From the NCBI GenBank assembly GCA_965649115.1, contig CBFGJN010000011.1, positions 1-41,892 of the forward strand: a stretch of DNA of 41,892 nt, written 5' to 3'. The notes beneath the pieces are model-generated. The model saw nothing but the letters and a program-made list of their open reading frames with translations, was not told where the DNA came from and did no database searches. Shown here in pieces: positions 9,509 to 18,515 of the stretch. A program made the position numbers and the translations under genes. The stretch's first letter is position 1. Every line of letters starts with the position of its first letter. The stretch is from a candidate division WOR-3 bacterium (GTDB lineage: Bacteria > Hydrothermota > Hydrothermia > LBFQ01 > DSFT01).

Positions 9509-12004
9509 ATGTTAGCTGAAAACTATAAAGCTAAAATTGTTCAATACATAAAAGAATTAGATTATAATGAAAGGTTAAATGTAGCGAGGAAATATCATTA
9601 TAACATTCATAAAGTTCCTTCTGAATTTTTTATTTTAGACTTATATAATTGTCCTAATGCTTTAAGCGAAGAGCAATATAGTGCATTGTTAAGAGGTGAT
9701 GAAGCTTATGCGGGAAGTGAAAATTTTATAAATATACTAAATAGTGTAAAAGAAATTTTTAAAAAGAATTTTGTAATTCCTGTTCATAATTTAAGGGGGG
9801 CTGAACATTTGATTTTAAAAGTTTTTGAAGGTGATTTTATATCAAATAATCCAACTGATACATTTAAGGTTTTATGTTCTTATTTCAATAGAAAAATTTT
9901 AAATAGAGGAAATGGAATTTATTACCTTACAATAGAAAGTGAATTTGAAAAGTTTTTAGAACTTTTAAAAATAAAAGAATTTAAAATTTTAAATGCAAGT
10001 AATATATTCTCTCAAATTGTTTTTTGGAAAATTGAAGGAAAGTTAAATAGTAATTTAAAGGATTTGGTTTATCAAATGACAAAAGATTTTGATATAATTG
10101 TTTTATCAGCAGATGCTGATTTAATGGGTCATGTCGGAGCTTTAATTATATTGAATGATGAAAATTATTATAGACAAATTAGTGAATGGCTTGTTTCATT
10201 TGAAGGTCTTCATACTTATGGAGGACTTGCTGGTAGAGATATGGAATTAATAGCGGTTAGTTTAAATCAAGTTTTGGATGAAAGTTATTGGCATTATAGA
10301 TATTATGAAATAAAGAATTTATATGAGAGGGTAAAAAATTTGGGTTATAATGTTAGGGATTTTAGTAGTGAAGGATTTTATATTGATATTGAAAATGGTA
10401 TTGGTTTTAATTTAGCTTTATTTCTATCAGGGCAGATTAGAGTTAAAGCTTATGACAATAAAGTATTTTTAAGAATTCCCAAAAGAGTATATTTTAGAGA
10501 GCATTACGATTATCTTTTAAAAGTTTTAAGTTATTTGAAAGATAAAAATTATCCTAATTTAAAAAAGTTGTTTGAAACAAAATTTTATGAAATTGAGATT
10601 ATGGACTATGAGCTATTAGAACCATTAGAAAAGTACGAAGTTGTTGATTATGATGGATTTAATTATAGATTAAAAGGAATAGAAATTATTTTTAATAAGT
10701 CAAAAGATAAAAGATTACAAGCAATAGAAGAAGCAGGTTATAATACATTTTTACTTAAAAGTGAAGATGTTTATATTGATTTATTAACAGATTCAGGAAC
10801 ATCCTCACAAAGTGATGAACAAATTTTTGAAGGATTAAAATACGATGGTAAAAATGCTTTTGATGTGTTAAAAGAAAGTATTTATGATATTTTTGGATTT
10901 GACAAATTTATAATTACACATCAAGGAAGACAGGCTGAGCACTTTATATCACAACACTTAATAAGAAAAGGACAATATGTCTTAAATAATATGTACTTTA
11001 CAACAACAAGATTTCATCAAGAATATGCAGGTGGTATTTTTGTTGATTTAATAGTTAAAGAAGCACATATTCCAGATAATCCTTATCCATTTAAAGGTGA
11101 TTTTGATATTGATGCTGTTGAAAATTTTATTAAAGAAAAAGGTTCTCAAAACATTGCTTACATTTGTATTGAAACGAATGTTAATATGGCAGGAGGACAA
11201 CCAATATCACTGAGAAATATAAAAAAATTAAGAGAAATTGCTGACTACTATAAAATTCCTATTGTTTTTGATGCAACAAGAATTGCTGAAAATGCATATT
11301 TCATAAAAGAAAGAGAAGAAGGATATAGAAACAAGACAATAAGAGAAATTGTTAGAGAAATTTTAAGTTATGGTGATTTTGCTACAATTTCTGCTAAAAA
11401 AGATCCTCTAACTAATATAAGTGGTTTATTGTTAATTAGGGATGATAAAATTTATCGTAAAATTTATGAGTTTGCTACTGCATTTGATGGTGCTCCTTAT
11501 AATGGTGGATTAGCAGATAGGGATTTAATAATGCTTGCTATTGGTCTTAAAGAAATGGTTGATTATGATTATTTAAGAAGTAGAATAAAACAAGTTGAGT
11601 ATCTTGGAAATAAATTAATAGAAAATAAAATACCATTAGTTCTTCCAACTGGTGGTCATGCTATATATCTTGATGCAAAAAAATTTTTAGAGCACTTAGA
11701 CCAAGATTACTATCCCGCACAAGCTCTTGCTGCTGAAATTTTTATTGAAGGTGGGGTTAGGACTATGGAAAGAGGGACTGTTTCAGCAGGTAGAGATCCT
11801 ATTACAGGTAAAAATAGAAAACCAAGTTTAGAACTTGTTAGAATTACAATTCCAAGGAGAGTATATTCAAATAGTCAAATGGACCACGTTGTTGAAACAA
11901 TTGTTAATGTTTATAATAGAAGATTTGAAATAAAAGGACTTGAATTTGTTTATGAGCCACCATTTTTAAGGTTCTTTACAGCAAGGTTTAAAAAGAGAAA
12001 TTAA
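9509..12004 (+). CDS. tpl: tandem two-domain tyrosine phenol-lyase-like beta-eliminating lyase (degenerate N-half, PLP-binding C-half)
   Basis: C-half has IDLLTDSG, HQGR, NMYFTTTR, FDATR, SAKKD, MERG, LRFFTARF; N-half has GDEAYAGSENF and YGGLAGRDME but SADAD in place of SAKKD. Confidence 0.85.
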   Translation: MLAENYKAKIVQYIKELDYNERLNVARKYHYNIHKVPSEFFILDLYNCPNALSEEQYSALLRGDEAYAGSENFINILNSVKEIFKKNFVIPVHNLRGAEHLILKVFEGDFISNNPTDTFKVLCSYFNRKILNRGNGIYYLTIESEFEKFLELLKIKEFKILNASNIFSQIVFWKIEGKLNSNLKDLVYQMTKDFDIIVLSADADLMGHVGALIILNDENYYRQISEWLVSFEGLHTYGGLAGRDMELIAVSLNQVLDESYWHYRYYEIKNLYERVKNLGYNVRDFSSEGFYIDIENGIGFNLALFLSGQIRVKAYDNKVFLRIPKRVYFREHYDYLLKVLSYLKDKNYPNLKKLFETKFYEIEIMDYELLEPLEKYEVVDYDGFNYRLKGIEIIFNKSKDKRLQAIEEAGYNTFLLKSEDVYIDLLTDSGTSSQSDEQIFEGLKYDGKNAFDVLKESIYDIFGFDKFIITHQGRQAEHFISQHLIRKGQYVLNNMYFTTTRFHQEYAGGIFVDLIVKEAHIPDNPYPFKGDFDIDAVENFIKEKGSQNIAYICIETNVNMAGGQPISLRNIKKLREIADYYKIPIVFDATRIAENAYFIKEREEGYRNKTIREIVREILSYGDFATISAKKDPLTNISGLLLIRDDKIYRKIYEFATAFDGAPYNGGLADRDLIMLAIGLKEMVDYDYLRSRIKQVEYLGNKLIENKIPLVLPTGGHAIYLDAKKFLEHLDQDYYPAQALAAEIFIEGGVRTMERGTVSAGRDPITGKNRKPSLELVRITIPRRVYSNSQMDHVVETIVNVYNRRFEIKGLEFVYEPPFLRFFTARFKKRN

Positions 12005-12006
12005 GG

Positions 12007-12120
12007 CCAGTAATTCTGAAATTTTTTCCCGCCCATTCACCCTATTTTGAGGAGGGGGCTAAAAATAAGCTTTTCCACTTTAAAATACTCCAACTTTTGC
12101 TTTTGGGGAGCAAAGTTTTT
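12007..12120 (+). repeat. degenerate MITE remnant between convergent genes
   Basis: CCAGTAATTCTGAAA, CCCGCCC, CTTTAAAATAC..TTTTGCTTTTGGGG. Confidence 0.55.
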
Positions 12121-12127
12121 TTATAAA

Positions 12128-13438
12128 TTATTGACTATCAACAACTTTAAAACCCATTTTTCTCATTTCATTAGCAATAATTGAACTTAATTGACCTCTC
12201 CTACACTTTAACAAATAAACTTTACTTTTATCAAGTTTATCTAAATTTTTCAAAAATTCTTCTAAATTTATCTTATCTAAATCTATTAAAATGTCATAAT
12301 TTTTAGCTTTATTTTCATTAACTTGTAAATTTTCAATAACTTTAAATGAATCAATGGCATTTTTAACCACTTCATTTGGAACTTTACTTAGAAAATATAA
12401 CAATTTTTCCTTATTAGCACTTACAACAGCACTATGTCTTGAAATTGCACAGTACTCCTTTCCCTTATAACACAAATCAAAAATTTCTAATTCCATTGCT
12501 TTTGATATAATTTCTTCTTTTGTAAAAGCAATTAATGGTCTTATTATAAAAATTTCAGAAAATTCGTTCAAAATTGACAAATTATCAAGCGTTTGTGTAG
12601 AAACTTGACCAATACTTTCACCCGTAATTATTGCTTTTATATTTAACTTTTTAGCAATTTCATTAGCAATTTTATAAAAGATAACCTTCAAAACAACATT
12701 CCTATAATTATCTTTTACATTTCTTATAATTTCAAATATGATGGGCTTAAAATCAACATAATAAAAATTTCCATATGTTAAGAACTTGTTTGTAAGAAAC
12801 TTATAAACATTAAAAGCATAATTTATTGTTTCACCACCAAGATCATAAAATAAAAAATCACATCTTATACCCATTTTGTAAGCATAGAAAACACTTACAG
12901 CAGAATCAATACCTCCTGATAATAAAACTAATGCTTCTCCTTGACTTGAAATTGGAAATCCTCCATAACATTTAATTTTCTCATCAAATAAGTAAGCATT
13001 ATTGCTGTCTATTTCAATATATGCTATATATTTTGGTTCTTTTATATTAACTTTCGCCAAATTTGATAATTTTTCTCCAAGAGATTTTTCAACATCATAG
13101 GAGTGAAAATTGTGATTTCCTTTTCTTTTACATTTAACTTTAAAGTTATCCTTTATTCTATATTTGAAGAAATCGTAGGCTTTTTCAATTAGTTCATCAA
13201 AATCCTTAAATTGAATTATATAAACTTTTGAAAATGAACTAATCCCAAAAACATTTTTTAGTTTATCACTTATATCTTCATCAGTTTGAATAATTCCTTT
13301 ATCTCTTTTAAGAATAATTTTAGCATTTTTAAATGAGTTTTTTAAATTGCTTTTTAAAATACTGATAAACCATTTCCTTGTACTTTCAGATTTTGTGAAA
13401 ACCTCACTTGAATACTTAATTAAAAATGTAAATTTCAA
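12128..13438 (-). CDS. thiI: tRNA 4-thiouridine synthase with short C-terminal rhodanese-like domain
   Basis: THUMP region, LLSGGIDS PP-loop, TGESIGQVSTQT, EYCA, C-terminal CRRGQLS; TTG start. Confidence 0.92.
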   Translation of the reverse strand: MKFTFLIKYSSEVFTKSESTRKWFISILKSNLKNSFKNAKIILKRDKGIIQTDEDISDKLKNVFGISSFSKVYIIQFKDFDELIEKAYDFFKYRIKDNFKVKCKRKGNHNFHSYDVEKSLGEKLSNLAKVNIKEPKYIAYIEIDSNNAYLFDEKIKCYGGFPISSQGEALVLLSGGIDSAVSVFYAYKMGIRCDFLFYDLGGETINYAFNVYKFLTNKFLTYGNFYYVDFKPIIFEIIRNVKDNYRNVVLKVIFYKIANEIAKKLNIKAIITGESIGQVSTQTLDNLSILNEFSEIFIIRPLIAFTKEEIISKAMELEIFDLCYKGKEYCAISRHSAVVSANKEKLLYFLSKVPNEVVKNAIDSFKVIENLQVNENKAKNYDILIDLDKINLEEFLKNLDKLDKSKVYLLKCRRGQLSSIIANEMRKMGFKVVDSQ

Positions 13439-13457
13439 AATGGGGGACCACCCCCCA
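13437..13457 (-). terminator. GC hairpin plus T4, possible weak terminator or attenuator at the thiI start
   Basis: minus strand TGGGGG-GTGGT-CCCCCA-TTTT; the T run overlaps the thiI TTG. Confidence 0.4.
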
Positions 13458-13459
13458 CA

Positions 13460-14011
13460 TTAAATAGATTCTTCTTGGCTTTCAGATGGATATTCTGAGC
13501 CTTCTGAATACCTAAATGGCATTAGTACCCCTTCCATTTCATCCATATTATTATATTCATCGCATGCTCTAATGAGTTCTATGCCAACTGCTCCCTTTCT
13601 TGTTCCAATTACTCTAACCTTTTTTCCTTTCCTTGAAAGATAATCAACAATTGGGACAAAATCGCTATCTCCTGTAACAAGAATAACCTCATCAACATAT
13701 TCTGCAACTGAAAGAATCTCTAATGCCATATCCATATCCATACTAACTTTAACTGAACCATCTGCTAATTTTTTTACAGGTTTAGCAACAACCCTATAAC
13801 CCATAAATGATAGAGCATTAATTAATCTTTCTCTTCTTTCGTCACCTTGGAATAGTGGAACAAAGGCAATAGCCTTTATAAGCTCCTTTCCTCTTCTTTT
13901 GTACTGTTCCTCTACAACCTTCAAAAGCACATCATATCTAACTTCCTGCCCTATCCTTTCAAAGGTTATATGGACATTCTGAACATCTATGAACATTGCA
14001 ACCTTGTTCAT
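13460..14011 (-). CDS. NYN domain (LabA/DUF88) protein
   Basis: MFIDVQN, DMDMALE, LVTGDSDFVP; strong SD AAGGAGG. Confidence 0.9.
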   Translation of the reverse strand: MNKVAMFIDVQNVHITFERIGQEVRYDVLLKVVEEQYKRRGKELIKAIAFVPLFQGDERRERLINALSFMGYRVVAKPVKKLADGSVKVSMDMDMALEILSVAEYVDEVILVTGDSDFVPIVDYLSRKGKKVRVIGTRKGAVGIELIRACDEYNNMDEMEGVLMPFRYSEGSEYPSESQEESI

Positions 14012-14025
14012 GCTCGGACCTCCTT

Positions 14026-14388
14026 TTAAGTTTTAAATATCATTCTAATTGCCAAAAAAATTAAGAGAACTCCAAAGAGACGAGAAAGCCATAGTGAAGG
14101 TAATTTATTTGCTATATATGCACCAAAGAATGAACCAATTGCAAGACCAATTATCATAATAAGAGAAACTTTTAAATCCAAATTACCATTTCTAAGATAT
14201 TCCAAAAAACCAGGAAGAATTCCAATAGGAATAATTAATGCGCCAAGGGATGTGCCTTGTGCTTTTTGTTGAGAAAAACCTATAAGTGTTAAACCCAAAA
14301 CCATAATTACACCACCTCCAATACCAAACAAACCACTAAATACTCCTGCTAAAATCCCTATCATTAAAAAAACTAAAATTTCATTCAT
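14026..14388 (-). CDS. half-size TauE/SafE (TSUP) transporter
   Basis: SGLFGIGGGVI and AQGTSL motifs; ~120 aa; SD AAGGAG before ATG 14388. Confidence 0.85.
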   Translation of the reverse strand: MNEILVFLMIGILAGVFSGLFGIGGGVIMVLGLTLIGFSQQKAQGTSLGALIIPIGILPGFLEYLRNGNLDLKVSLIMIIGLAIGSFFGAYIANKLPSLWLSRLFGVLLIFLAIRMIFKT

Positions 14389-16699
14389 TTTCAAGCTCCT
14401 TTAATTTTTTATTAAATGATTTGAGTTTTTCAAGAACTTTTTCATGAAAATCACTTGCCTTCATTCCAGTTGCAATCTCAATAACATCATCAAAATTATC
14501 AACAACCCATATATTAAACTCATTTTTTTCAATTGAATTTAAAACTTCTTCATTTAAAATAACATTATCTAAATTCCTTCTTGGAATAATAACACCACAC
14601 TTTCCATCCAAAAGTCCCATAATTTTAAGGCTATAATAAAATCCTTCAATTTTTTCTGGGATTCCTCCAACAGGTTGAACTTCACCCTTTTGATTTAAAG
14701 AACCCGTTATTGCTATATTTTGCTTAATTGGAATTTCAGAGATAGCGGATAATATTGCTAATAACTCAGCACAAGATGCACTATCTCCTTCTACACCTGA
14801 ATAATTTTGCTCAAATGTTAATCTAATTTGAAGGCTAATTGGAACATCTTTGCCATACTTTTCTAATATATATCCTCCAATTATTAATACAGCTTTTGTG
14901 TGAATTTTCCCACCAAGTCCAGTTTCCTTTTCAATATCAATAATTCCCGATCTGCCAAGTCCTACACTTGCAGTTATTCTACTTGGAATACCAAAACTAT
15001 ATTCAGGCATTAAAATAACTGAAAGTCCATTTACAACACCAATTTTTTCACCTTCAAAATCAAAAATAAGAATTCCTCTTTTTATCATTTCTCTTAATTT
15101 TTCTTCAACTTTTGAATAGCGATAATATCTACTTTTAATCGTTTGCTTAATAATTTTTTCATCAATTATACTTAAATTTTCTTTTTTTGCTAAGTAGTTT
15201 GCTTCAATTAAAATTTCCTTTAAAATTTTTACATTTAATGGCACTTTTTGTTTATCTTCGGAAATTCTAAATAAAAACTTAATAATTTCTAAAATTCCTA
15301 ATTCTGAAACTTTTAAAAGGTTATTTTCACTTATAATTTCTTCAATTTTATTAACAATGAATTTAATTCCATCTTTTTGTTCTGCTTCTGTTTCAAAATC
15401 AACAAAAACTCTAAAAATTTCACTAAAATCAATATCATAAATTTGAAGAAGATAATATAGAAAACTATCACCTATAAGTATCACTTTTGCATTAAATGGG
15501 ATTGGTTGAGGTCTTAATGTTTTTGTAGAAAATAAACTAAATCTTTCTCCAATATCTTCTATTATAATCTCTCTGTTTTTAATAACTCTCTTTAAGGCTT
15601 CATAAGAAAACGCTTCTTTTAGTAAGTCATAGGCATTTATTATAATGTAACCGCCATTAGCAAGATGTAATGAGCCTGCTGTGATATTTAGCACATCAGT
15701 TATAAATGCTCCCATAAATGCTTCCTTTTCAATTCTTCCAATAAGATTATAATAAGTAGGATTTTTTTCATATATTACAGGAGCACCTTTTAACTTTTTA
15801 TTATCAACAATTCTATTAACCTTATATTTTCTAAGGGGATTTAATGGTCCTGGTGGTAATTGGTTTTCTGGTGTTAAAAAAATCTGAAAATTATTTATAA
15901 TGTCTTCTTCCATATTTCTAAAATAATCTATAACTTTTTCATAATTTTGATATTTAAATTCAAGCTCATTGAAATAATTTCTTATAGTGTTTCTTACAGC
16001 ATTTTTGTCAATTTCTTCAAGTTTTTCTCTTAATTCTTTATCAAGTTTATTTATTTCCCTTAATGTCTGAGCAATAAATTCTTCAAGTTGCCTTCTTTTT
16101 GAATCAATATATGCTTTCATATCTTCACTTAAAGAATTATATTTTTGAGGTGTTAAAGGTTCTCCTCCAAAAATAGGTACGATATTAAAAACATGTGGTG
16201 GTTGAACAGGTTGAATAATGAAACCAAGTTCACTAGCTTTTTTATTTAAATTATTGATAAGTTCTTCCCTTTTTCTATTATATTCGCTTGCAATTTCTTC
16301 TTTTTGTTTATTTAAGCTTTCACTTTCAAATAAATCTTTTAAAGCACTTTTTATACTTTTTAATAATTTTTCAGTATCCTCTAAAAATTCATCACCTTTA
16401 TCACTTTCAAGACTTATAGCAATAGGATTTGAAGGATTTTTAAAGTTATAAACATAAAACCAATCGCAAGGTGCTTCCTCTTTTTGTGCAAATTCACTAA
16501 CTAATTTAATGATTTCGTTTTCCAATTCAAGATGTGTAGGAAGTGATATATATATATTGTAGTTTGAATGTTTTATACTTAAACCAAGATTTAGTGCTTC
16601 ATAAGCTCTATTTTGTAGTTGGGAATAATCAACTTTATTGTTTATATATTCAGGCTTTATATTTAGTTCTATATCTGAAACTGTTAATTTTTTAATCAT
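14381..16699 (-). CDS. Lon-like protease, LonC type (AAA-like, coiled coil, Lon_C)
   Basis: AGSLHLANGG, FEQNYSGVEGDSAS catalytic Ser, PVGGIPEK Lys; no recognisable Walker A. Confidence 0.88.
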   Translation of the reverse strand: MIKKLTVSDIELNIKPEYINNKVDYSQLQNRAYEALNLGLSIKHSNYNIYISLPTHLELENEIIKLVSEFAQKEEAPCDWFYVYNFKNPSNPIAISLESDKGDEFLEDTEKLLKSIKSALKDLFESESLNKQKEEIASEYNRKREELINNLNKKASELGFIIQPVQPPHVFNIVPIFGGEPLTPQKYNSLSEDMKAYIDSKRRQLEEFIAQTLREINKLDKELREKLEEIDKNAVRNTIRNYFNELEFKYQNYEKVIDYFRNMEEDIINNFQIFLTPENQLPPGPLNPLRKYKVNRIVDNKKLKGAPVIYEKNPTYYNLIGRIEKEAFMGAFITDVLNITAGSLHLANGGYIIINAYDLLKEAFSYEALKRVIKNREIIIEDIGERFSLFSTKTLRPQPIPFNAKVILIGDSFLYYLLQIYDIDFSEIFRVFVDFETEAEQKDGIKFIVNKIEEIISENNLLKVSELGILEIIKFLFRISEDKQKVPLNVKILKEILIEANYLAKKENLSIIDEKIIKQTIKSRYYRYSKVEEKLREMIKRGILIFDFEGEKIGVVNGLSVILMPEYSFGIPSRITASVGLGRSGIIDIEKETGLGGKIHTKAVLIIGGYILEKYGKDVPISLQIRLTFEQNYSGVEGDSASCAELLAILSAISEIPIKQNIAITGSLNQKGEVQPVGGIPEKIEGFYYSLKIMGLLDGKCGVIIPRRNLDNVILNEEVLNSIEKNEFNIWVVDNFDDVIEIATGMKASDFHEKVLEKLKSFNKKLKELENE

Positions 16700-17250
16700 A
16701 TCTTTTGTGCTATATATACTGCATCTTCACCATCAACTTCTTTTACTTTTACTTTGACAACTTCATCATAAGTAGTAGTAATTTTTTTACCAACTATATC
16801 TGCATAAATAGGTAATTCTCTCCATCCTCTGTCAATTAAAACAACTAATTTTATTGCTTTTGGTCTTCCAAAGTCAAAAATTGAATCAATAGCAGCTCTT
16901 ACTGTTCTTCCTGTATATAGGACATCATCAACCAGAAATATAACTTTATTGTCAATTTCAGTATTTAATTTTGTTCCTTTAATAATTGGTGCTTCACTAA
17001 GAAGTGTTAGATCATCTCTATAAAAAGCAATATCAACTTCACCAACGATAACATTTGTTTTTATTTCCTTTTCAATTTCGTTTTTTAAATAATTAGCTAA
17101 ATATACACCCCTTGTTCTTATACCTGCTAAAATAAAATAATCTAAACTATTTGCATTTTCAATAATTTCCAGAGCCATTCTCCTAATTGTCCTAAAAAAT
17201 GAAATTTCATCCATCAACTTGTATTTATCAACTAATTTATGTTCTGACAT
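16696..17250 (-). CDS. pyrR: bifunctional pyr regulator / uracil phosphoribosyltransferase
   Basis: GIRTRG, FYRDD, VDDVLYTGRTVRAA, DRGWRELPI. Confidence 0.95.
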   Translation of the reverse strand: MSEHKLVDKYKLMDEISFFRTIRRMALEIIENANSLDYFILAGIRTRGVYLANYLKNEIEKEIKTNVIVGEVDIAFYRDDLTLLSEAPIIKGTKLNTEIDNKVIFLVDDVLYTGRTVRAAIDSIFDFGRPKAIKLVVLIDRGWRELPIYADIVGKKITTTYDEVVKVKVKEVDGEDAVYIAQKI

Positions 17251-17289
17251 AAAGTTTGTAAATTTTAAAGGATAAAAGAATTAAGCAAA

Positions 17290-17493
17290 TGCCTTGTCCA
17301 ATAATTCTGGAATTATTTATTTTTCTTTATTTTCCCACCCACCCTAAATAAAAGCCTTCGCCTTTAAAATACCCATTTTTTGCTTTGGGGGGCGAAGCCC
17401 CCCTAATAATCCCCCCATAAAATCAACAATTTCCTTAAAAATTTTATAAATTATTGATTATCAATCGCTTAACAATAATTATTGGACAAAGCA
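17290..17493 (+). mobile_element. MITE, reference full copy (204 bp)
   Basis: TGCCTTGTCCAATAATT...AATTATTGGACAAAGCA (16 of 17 IR match); hairpin 17387-17403; IHF-like boxes 17447-17471. Confidence 0.9.
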
Positions 17494-17502
17494 TCAACAA
17501 GT

Positions 17503-17667
17503 TGCCTTGTCTAGTAATTCGGAAAATATCTATTTTACCATATTTTCCCTACCCACCCTAATAATAAGCCTTCGGCTTAAAAATACCCGTTTTTCCGCTA
17601 TGGGAGGCGAAGCCCCCCATTAAATCCCCCGTGAAATCTATAATTTCAGTATTTACTAGACAAGGCA
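17503..17667 (+). mobile_element. MITE, internally deleted copy, 9 bp after the previous copy
   Basis: TGCCTTGTCTAGTAATT...TTTACTAGACAAGGCA. Confidence 0.85.
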
Positions 17668-17668
17668 T

Positions 17669-17786
17669 ATAATTCCAAAACTAACCTGAAAATAAGGCGG
17701 AGCCTTATAAATACCCCTATTTCGGCATTGGTTGGGCTTAAATCAATAATTTGAGCAACTTAACATTATTTAGTATTGTGGAGCAT
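17669..17786 (+). repeat. older degenerate MITE remnant
   Basis: AAGGCGGAGCCTT hairpin, AAATACCCCTATTTCGGC, AAATCAATAATTT. Confidence 0.6.
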
Positions 17787-17810
17787 TTTCTTAACTTTAA
17801 AATTTTCATT

Positions 17811-18515
17811 ATGCTAATTATATTTAATTTTATTTCCCCTTTATTACCTTCTCCATTTTCACTTTCATCAAATTCTTTATCAACATTTTCAAGGTCGGAG
17901 GCAGTTCTTTATAGTCCTCAACTTCTTGGTAAAAATTTAAATATAGAGTTTTCTTATAGTTCTGATTTTTCTAACATTTTAAATAGGTACTTTTTTGGAT
18001 TTCAATTTTATTATTTTGGTTTTGGATGGTACTCAATTAAAGCTGATGAATTTTTTGAAAACTTAATTGCTGTTGGTTTAAGCTATAAAAATTTAGGAAT
18101 AGGAATAAATCTAGAACCTCAAAATGTTCTAAATAATTTAGGAAATATGGAAACAAAATTTTATTTGCGAAGTGTTTTAGGTTTTCATAAATACATACAA
18201 CCATTTTGGTTTTCAGGAAGTATATTATATGAAGGTAATGAAGGAAGAAATGCAGGCATATTTGCTTTTAGGTATAGTACAAAAAATTATGATATTTTCA
18301 TTGATGCATTATTGGAGGAGAATTATCCACTATCATATTCAATTAGCACTTTAATAAAAGCTCATAAGAATATAAATATGATTCTTGGTTATAATACATC
18401 AAATATGGTTTTTAGTGCTGGTATTATCGTTTTGAGTCAAAAGTTGAAGTTGGCTTATCAGTTTAAAACACATCCTTTCTTAGGAAATTCAAATAGTTTA
18501 GGAATAAGCTATTGA
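17811..18515 (+). CDS. putative outer-membrane beta-barrel (PorV/PorP-like)
   Basis: alternating strands and C-terminal HPFLGNSNSLGISY; start set at ATG 17811, 7 nt after TAAAAT, because the TTG extension lies in a MITE remnant. Confidence 0.55.
   Translation: MLIIFNFISPLLPSPFSLSSNSLSTFSRSEAVLYSPQLLGKNLNIEFSYSSDFSNILNRYFFGFQFYYFGFGWYSIKADEFFENLIAVGLSYKNLGIGINLEPQNVLNNLGNMETKFYLRSVLGFHKYIQPFWFSGSILYEGNEGRNAGIFAFRYSTKNYDIFIDALLEENYPLSYSISTLIKAHKNINMILGYNTSNMVFSAGIIVLSQKLKLAYQFKTHPFLGNSNSLGISY

Noticed and set aside
9509..12004. Tryptophanase (tnaA) call, or two genes fused by an error
   Set aside because: NMYFTTTR, MERG and LRFFTARF are TPL-type, whereas TnaA has LRHF. The reciprocal motif loss argues for a long-standing fusion.
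17751..17810. ORF-track upstream starts (17751, 7520, 41513, 30541, 36120, 672, 14394)
   Set aside because: The extensions run through promoter or MITE sequence or upstream genes; downstream ATGs fit the -10 spacing, SD or ATGA coupling.
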